Origin: Octopus sinensis
Taxonomy: Eukaryota
Direction of reading: 5' to 3'
DNA: 44,369 nucleotides
Assembly: GCF_006345805.1 (NCBI RefSeq)
Contig: NW_021834675.1
Location: 1 to 44,369, forward strand
The notes under the pieces were generated by a model, which searched no databases, was not told where the DNA came from, and worked only from the letters and a program-made list of their open reading frames with translations. This document shows positions 37,727 to 44,369 of this stretch, piece by piece. Numbering within the stretch: position 1 is the first letter of the stretch; each line of letters opens with the position of its first letter. A program made the translations under genes and the position numbers.

Positions 37727-37959
37727 TAGTAATAAAATAATAATATTAATAATAACAATAACAACTACAAGAAAAAAGCTATAACAATAGTAGTAGTAGT
37801 AGTAGTAGTAGCAGTAACAGTAGTAGTAGTATTAGTAGTATTAGTATTAGTAGTAGTATTAGTAGTAGCAGTATTAGTAGTAGTAGTAGTAATAGTAGTA
37901 GTAGTAGTAGTAATAATAATAATAATAATAATAACAATAACAATAACAATAATAATAAC

Positions 37960-37991
<32 letters not shown>

Positions 37992-38015
37992 TGATGATGA
38001 TGATGATAATGATGA
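37560..38015. repeat. (AAT)n/(TAG)n/(GAT)n compound tract
   Basis: Direct reading. Confidence 0.93.
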
Positions 38016-39053
38016 TGACACCCGACTTTAGAGATTTGGTTTTAGAATATGTTGAATGGGAGCTACAATTGATGGGAAATATTATTGTGATGTGTTCCAT
38101 AAAAGTAATGGAGGGGAAGATACAGCGATAGGGTGGACGGGGTATAAAGTATAAGGGAGAGAAGGTAAGAAGTAGAGACAGAAAGTAAGGTGAGAGTGAG
38201 GGAGAGAAATCTAAGGAGATATAAGGGGAGAGAATAAGGGATAAGTGACAGCTAAAATGATACAGAGAAGGAGAAAGTAAGAGAGAGAGAGAGAGAGAAG
38301 AGAGAGTGTGTGTGTGTGTGTGTATTGTGTGTGTGTGTGTGTGTGTAAGGGCTAAAAATGATATCGTGTCGAATACAGAATGAAACAAATAGAAGAGAAA
38401 AGGAGTAAAATCAGTGAATAGAAAGAAAAAAAGAAAGAATGAGAGAGAGGAAAGACATGATGAAGAGACAGAATGTGGCTTGATGTAGTGATTGAATTGG
38501 TGAGAGAGCGAGAGAGAGAGAGAGGAGAGAGAGAGAGAGGGAGATGTGGAGAATGAAAAGAGACCGAAACGTATATTAAAAGAATAAATGATGGACAGTA
38601 AAAGAAACAGGCGGTAAGAAGAAGGAGGTATATAATGGGGGAGAGGAAGGGATGAAGGGAGTAGAATTAAGGGATAAAGAGTGAGGATTGAGTGTATTGG
38701 GGATGCGTGTGTATGTGTGTGTGCGTGTGAGAAATAAATATATATAAACAGAGAGAGAAAGGGAGTGGGTGTGTGTGTGTTAAGTAGAAGTGAGCAAAAC
38801 AGAGAGAGAAAATTATTATAGGGAACTGCGATGACAGAAACGGTAAGGGACACACACACACGCACACACATTGTACGCACACATACATACGCACACGTAC
38901 GTACATATAAATAATACATTTAACAGAGGGAGAGAGAGAAATAAAAAGAAAATTAAGGTGATAGATTATGACAGGGTGTGGAAGGGGTGTAGATAGGAAA
39001 AGAAAATGAAGCACGAAAGAAAGAATGAAAGATAGATAGGGAACTGATATTTG

Positions 39054-39054
<1 letters not shown>

Positions 39055-39092
<38 letters not shown>

Positions 39093-39108
39093 GGATGATG
39101 ATGATGAC

Positions 39109-39139
<31 letters not shown>

Positions 39140-39182
39140 TTGATGATGATGATGATGATGATGATGAGGATGATGATGATGT

Positions 39183-39214
<32 letters not shown>

Positions 39215-39445
39215 GTGGTGGTGATGATGATGATGATGACGATGATGATGGTGATGATGAAGATGTTGGTGATGAACATGACGATGACGACGAAGGCGGT
39301 GATGATGATGACGATGATTATCATAATCTTCATCGTCATCATCATCATCATCATCATCATCTTTATCACAATAATCATCATCATCGTCATCATCATCGTC
39401 ATCGTTATCATCATCGTCATCGTCATCATCCCATCATCATCAACA
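39055..39445. repeat. (GAT)n tract switching to (CAT)n near 39319
   Basis: Direct reading. Confidence 0.92.
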
Positions 39446-39724
39446 TCATGGACGCCAAGATGAGGGTAATGATCTAGATGTTGTTTTTTCGTTGTCCTTG
39501 GTGGTGTTCTTCTGTGGGGGCGCTGGTGGGGTGAGTGGGACGCATTGATGAGAGTAATATTTGTTTTATGGGAGTGGTGTTGACAAAGACATGTGGAATA
39601 AATAGAAAAACTTCTTTTTTTTTCAACAATATGGCCCACAGGGGAAATAGAACCTCTTGTAATATCAAAGACAAAATGTCTTCAGCTATAACACTGATTT
39701 AGGAGATGAAAATATTAATAAAAC

Positions 39725-39747
39725 AAATTAACAACAACAACAATAAC

Positions 39748-39802
<55 letters not shown>

Positions 39803-39999
39803 GTGACGACGACCACGACGACGATCACGATGATGATGATTATGATGATGATGACGATGATGATGGTGGTGGTGGTGGTGGTGGGGAAATAATAAGGACG
39901 GCAATAAGAATCCTTAGCAACAACAACGAGAGCAACAACAACAATGACAAAAACAATAATAAAAGCGACAAAAATAATAAACTCAATAAACATAATAAC

Positions 40000-40035
<36 letters not shown>

Positions 40036-40155
40036 TAATAATAAAAATAACAACAACAACAACAACAACAACAACAATATAATGATAATAATAATAATAT
40101 AATAATAATAATAATAATATAATAAGAAGAAGAAGAAGAAGACAACAACAACAAC

Positions 40156-40190
<35 letters not shown>
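39725..40190. repeat. (AAT)n/(AAC)n/(GAT)n compound tract
   Basis: Direct reading. Confidence 0.92.
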
Positions 40191-40191
<1 letters not shown>

Positions 40192-40292
40192 CTAAATCGA
40201 TAATTCTCAAAATCGTATATGGGCAACTGTGTATTTGAAATATGTAAGTATCTTTATATGTATGTATCTATATACAAATATGTATATATATA

Positions 40293-40336
<44 letters not shown>

Positions 40337-40946
40337 AATATATCTATATATATATATATATATGAACTATGTATCTATTATTTGAATATATGTGTGAGTT
40401 TGTGTGTGTATGTGTGTGTGATTAAGCAAAACACTAAAAACAATACAAAAACCTTCATAACAAAAACACACAAAAACACACAAACATAGAACTGAAAGAT
40501 TTGCAAACAGAAAGAATGAAAAATATTAAAGTTTTAAACACTGAGCACGTAAATCACGAATATAAACCTCACACAAAGAAATCCAAACAGAACAAAGTGA
40601 AACGAAAAGAAGAAAAACTGAAGAATTACAAGAAAGATGAAGAATTACAAGTAATGGAAATCTGGTTGTAAACGTAGAGTATAGTGACCAACAAAAGCTA
40701 AACTAGAATGACACATACGAAGATATCAATAAATGGGAATATGTGAAATGTTTAAACATAGAAAAACTCTGAAAGGAAACAGTGTAGAATTGGTAGTAAT
40801 TTGTAAGAAGAATTATTTGAAGAAATAAAATCGGTAGCAGGTTGGTTTTTCTATAGGAAGTGCCTCCCAAATATAAAACTTATCAAGGAAAGAGTAATAA
40901 TAGTAATATGATGAATAATAATAATAGTAATAGTAATAATATAATA

Positions 40947-41005
<59 letters not shown>

Positions 41006-41006
41006 G

Positions 41007-41172
41007 AAAACGTTGGGAAACTCGAATACTGTAGTTGTAGACACAGCGGGAAATAAAATGACAGGTGCGCATCAGTATAACCAGGATGACGAAATATTAC
41101 CTGCATTGTCTTCAACAATCACCACGGAGTTGGAGCACTTCTTGAAGTCTTCGGAAAGAGAAATAGCTAAAG
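41007..41172 (+). CDS. Candidate internal exon (phase 0 to phase 1) KTLGNSNTVVVDTAG...LEHFLKSSEREIAK
   Basis: Open frame, non-repetitive, donor AAG|gtaaac, phase-compatible with the 36436 exon. The acceptor (aaatag) lacks a pyrimidine tract. Confidence 0.25.
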
Positions 41173-41557
41173 GTAAACAAAAGATGAAGTCAAAATAAAT
41201 AAACATCCAGAGAAAATGTAGCAAAAGGATGTTCCAATCATAGAAATAAGATGCGAATAACAAAGAGATAAATATGTAAAAGTGTAATAGGTGGGGACAA
41301 AAAGATAGAACTCTTTGAGAAATACACAGACACACCTATGTATATCTATCTATCTGTCTCTCTCACACTCTCAATCTCTGTCTCTCTCCATATATATATA
41401 TATATAATGGCATTAATGTGGTAACATCTGAAATGTTGTCGTGGTAATATGTTTGGCTGATGAAGATAGATCAAGTTTATGGGTGCACACATATCTTGAA
41501 AAATCTGAAACCTGCGCAGGTCCCACATTATCCTTTTCCAGGTATTTCATCTTTCAG

Positions 41558-41572
41558 ATGTTCTCCCTGGAG
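41558..41572 (+). CDS. Candidate 15-nt micro-exon
   Basis: Strong pyrimidine-rich acceptor (atttcatctttcag|) and donor (GAG|gtaaga); nothing else supports it. Confidence 0.15.
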
Positions 41573-41726
41573 GTAAGACAATTTTTTTCTAGTTTGTTGC
41601 ACACCCGAATTTTGCTAGTACATACGCGGTGAAGCTATACATAGCGTCGTATTATTACGTTCGCTATTTCCAGTAAATATCGGTACTTCGTTGTGCCATA
41701 TATTTACTTCTTTGTATATATATATA

Positions 41727-42326
41727 TAAATATAAGAGAGTGACCACCATGTGGTCTACTCTAGCACTAAAAATAGATCTGCAAGGTTTCAGCCACAAAA
41801 GAAATTGTTTCCGTTGAAAGTTAGCACTACTACCAGCGCAAATGAACTGGGCAAAAAAAAACAACAGAATGTAGATTAGTTCGAGACAATTGTTTCGCTA
41901 TTAATAAATTATGTGGTTTTACTTACATAAATTTACGTGTAGCTCCTCAGCCGGACACGTCCAGGATACAATTTACTCGATCGCACGCTAGACTTCACCA
42001 TAATGATAAACGCACGTGTGGTCGAGTCGATTGTACCCCCTGTTATAATTCAAGTGCCCCTGTCATCGCCCGCCAAAATTCACGGAAACAAATACTACAT
42101 CCAAATTAATTGCAGCATATTAAATCAACCGATAAGGGTGAGAAAATTGGGTACTAATTTAATAGCACATCCCATTTACCACCAAGTGGCTTAGTGCATA
42201 AAAAATCCGGATTACGATACATTTTATACATAAATATAGAGAGTGACCACCATGTGGTCTACTCTAGCACAAAATATATCTGCAAGGTTTCAGCCACCAA
42301 ATAAATTGTTTTCCGTTGAAAGTTAA

Positions 42327-42331
<5 letters not shown>
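41727..42331 (-). mobile_element. About 1.2 tandem copies of a roughly 502-nt hammerhead-bearing unit in (TA)n; retrozyme or Penelope pseudo-LTR-like
   Basis: About 100-bp direct repeats at 41727-41829 and 42231-42331 (gagagtgaccaccatgtggtctactctagcac...gttgaaagtta.cacta); (TA)n flanks; internal hammerhead. Confidence 0.8.
41879..41956 (-). ncRNA. Type I hammerhead ribozyme, unrelated in sequence to the 32-kb motif
   Basis: Minus strand: GUCCGG-CUGAGGA-GCUA...UAGC-GAAA-CAAUUG-UC^-UCGAAC; stem I 5 of 6 pairs; palindromic stem III ACAATTGT; GUC triplet. Confidence 0.82.
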
Positions 42332-42381
<50 letters not shown>

Positions 42382-42851
42382 ATATATAATATATATATAT
42401 ATATATTATATATATATATATATTAAATAAATGTGTGTGTGTATGTGTATATCTGCTTAAACGTACTCCATATATCTAAGACAGGAATTGAATTGATTAG
42501 CCTTTATCACACAAGATCCTTGCTACATTCTCGAAATATCTTGAATATGACACTGTCAATAATAAATAATAAGACTTGGCACCAAAATGGAAATCCTAGC
42601 CCAAAGAATTGAGTATAAGCAAAGAAGAACTGAAACGGAACATAGCCAAGAGAAGTAGAGCATACGTTCCAGTAACTGGGGACATGGAACATTGCATGAA
42701 ATGATAGAATTCTAAACACGTAAGAAATAAAACAAGAACTAACAAAATATTTATTAGCATATTAACGGAGGGAAGTCAATTTCTGAAACAAAGCGAAATC
42801 ATGTCCCGAATGTTGCAATGTTGAATTTATCGTACTTAATGTTCAAGAAGT

Positions 42852-43153
42852 GGAGGCACATGGCCTAGTGTTTAGAGCAGCGGGCTGGCGGTCGAGGAAT
42901 CGCAGGTTCGGATCTCAGACCGGACGATGTGTGTGTGTTTATGAGCAAAATACCTAAGCTGTATGCCCTTCCGGCAGAAGGGAATGGGAAACCTCTGCTA
43001 AATCTTTCGCTACATCATTCTCTCACGTTTTCCTCCTGCATCTAGCGCCCCACCTGCGATGGACCGGCGTTTCGTTTAGGCGGGGAACCTATACGCCAAT
43101 GAAAACGGGAAACCGGCCCTTGTGAACCTGGCATGGCTCGAGAAGAAACAAAC
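42852..43153 (+). mobile_element. tRNA-derived SINE with a family-B-like head and a different (Meta/V-domain-like) 3' part
   Basis: tggaggcacatggcctagtg...ggttcggatc head is co-linear with family B up to tttcctcctg, then reads cctgcgatggaccggcg...gaaaccggccc. Confidence 0.7.
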
Positions 43154-44201
43154 AAAATGTTCGAGAATAACGAAGCTACAAGACTTAGAACTGGAAATCC
43201 ATAAACTACCTGTATACTGTATAATTTTTCTATTATAGCAGAGGATGAATGCTCATCTCCTCGCCCGCCACGTGTATAAACTTTGCCTCTGCTGACTTTT
43301 AAGTACACCAAACTAAACTTGCTTCTTTAAAAATAATCTTCATGATTCTGATAATCTTGTTTCTTGCCTCGGAAGCAATAATGCAACAAAAAAGGAGTGT
43401 TTGTTCTAATTTTCGTGAAACTTTAAAGGGATTTAGTAATTTGTATGAAAGAAATGATATAATATATATGTGCTGCATACTGGCAGAAAGCATGAGAGAA
43501 TGAACGATGTAAAAGATGTAAAGAGCACTTGTATGGAGGTCTAATAAGAATTTAAAAAGGAAAAGATGATAATCATTTGATAACAGGACAAAAGGACAAA
43601 ACGCGATAGTAGTAAACTGCTATATGGTACCAATTGTCCTCTAAGAGTAAGAAACATGGACAAATTACAAAACAAAGAAGACGAAATAGATGGCTTCGAT
43701 AGCTTTGGTAGACTGTAGTTCATAACAGAGACAGTCTAAGTAATGCAGGTGTATGTTGTCCAAAACGGCAGGTGTCGAAGTGATCTCAGAGCAGCAACTT
43801 AAGAGTGCTTTGCTCAAGTACACAAATGACCGCCTGGTCTGGGATCTGAAACACTTGATTATACATCATATACATACATACAAATTATATATATATATTA
43901 TTATATATTATATATACATAGATATATATATACACAACACACACACACACCCCACACACACACACATTATATATATATAGTAATCCCTCGCAATCGCTGA
44001 TGATACGTTCCAAGAACCACGTGATATCTGAAAACATGCAAATTAGAAACCGTGTTGTATATTTTTTTAAAATTATCTTTTATTATTTCTATATATTCAT
44101 TTTTATTATAAATGTAAAAGTGCAACCACGGTGGAATCGACATAAGCTTAAGTAAAATCCGCGATAGGGAGCCGCGAAAATGTGAGTGGTTACTATAACA
44201 C

Positions 44202-44234
<33 letters not shown>

Positions 44235-44244
44235 TATATATATA

Positions 44245-44276
<32 letters not shown>

Positions 44277-44369
44277 CTTATATGTGTTATATTTGTAAGA
44301 TTAATTTGAGACGCCGTATGATTATCAAATAACGATTTGTAGTGCGAATTGGTAAGTTTTTACGTCTCG

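Noticed and set aside
41457-41505. CTGATGA...GAAA hammerhead-like spacing
   Set aside because: Stem II is out of register, and no stem III/UH site or stem I can be formed.
41943-42137. Open segment with splice-like ends and faint GAIN/GPS-like wording (INARVV...PLSSP...INCSILN)
   Set aside because: It lies inside the 502-nt hammerhead unit and overlaps the ribozyme on the other strand; no downstream GPS (W..GC...C.C.HLT) exon is visible.
1565-43153. tRNA genes suggested by A/B-box motifs
   Set aside because: All are SINE heads that lack a complete cloverleaf and continue into SINE body sequence.
43991-44060. CTGATGA...GAAAC near the end of the window
   Set aside because: Stem II and stem I do not pair.
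33-44224. Most ORFs in the supplied track (YIYI, CVCV, poly-L/I/Y/M/N/S, YLSI types)
   Set aside because: They are translations of microsatellites or SINE bodies, which lack stops in some frames; no protein-like composition.
1-44369. CRISPR arrays, operons or other prokaryotic systems
   Set aside because: No repeat-spacer arrays or gene-dense operon structure; the window is eukaryotic repeat-rich DNA.

Overview
Eukaryotic, repeat-dominated genomic DNA with no recognisable intact protein-coding gene. The SINE families and heavy microsatellite load resemble octopus (cephalopod) DNA; that host call comes from my recall of these repeat families, not from a database search. The window holds many (TA)n/(CA)n/(TAA)n/(GAT)n tracts, about 15 tRNA-derived SINE copies, RTE, R4/Dong-like and Penelope remnants and a decayed mariner. 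Nearly all ORFs in the supplied track are microsatellite or repeat artefacts. Highlights: (1) Two unrelated, non-coding tandem units of 379 nt and about 502 nt, each inside a (TA)n tract and each carrying a type I hammerhead ribozyme with a palindromic stem III. There are four canonical-core hammerheads in total (three at 32.0-32.9 kb, one at 41.9 kb), giving a retrozyme or Penelope pseudo-LTR architecture; the 32-kb array also folds back on itself. (2) A 2,230-bp, apparently full-length retroelement encoding only a CCHC gag-like ORF1 and no RT, inserted with an 11-bp TSD between the A and B boxes of a SINE head. (3) A possible signal-peptide first exon at 36.4 kb. All structural calls were made by eye and need computational confirmation.
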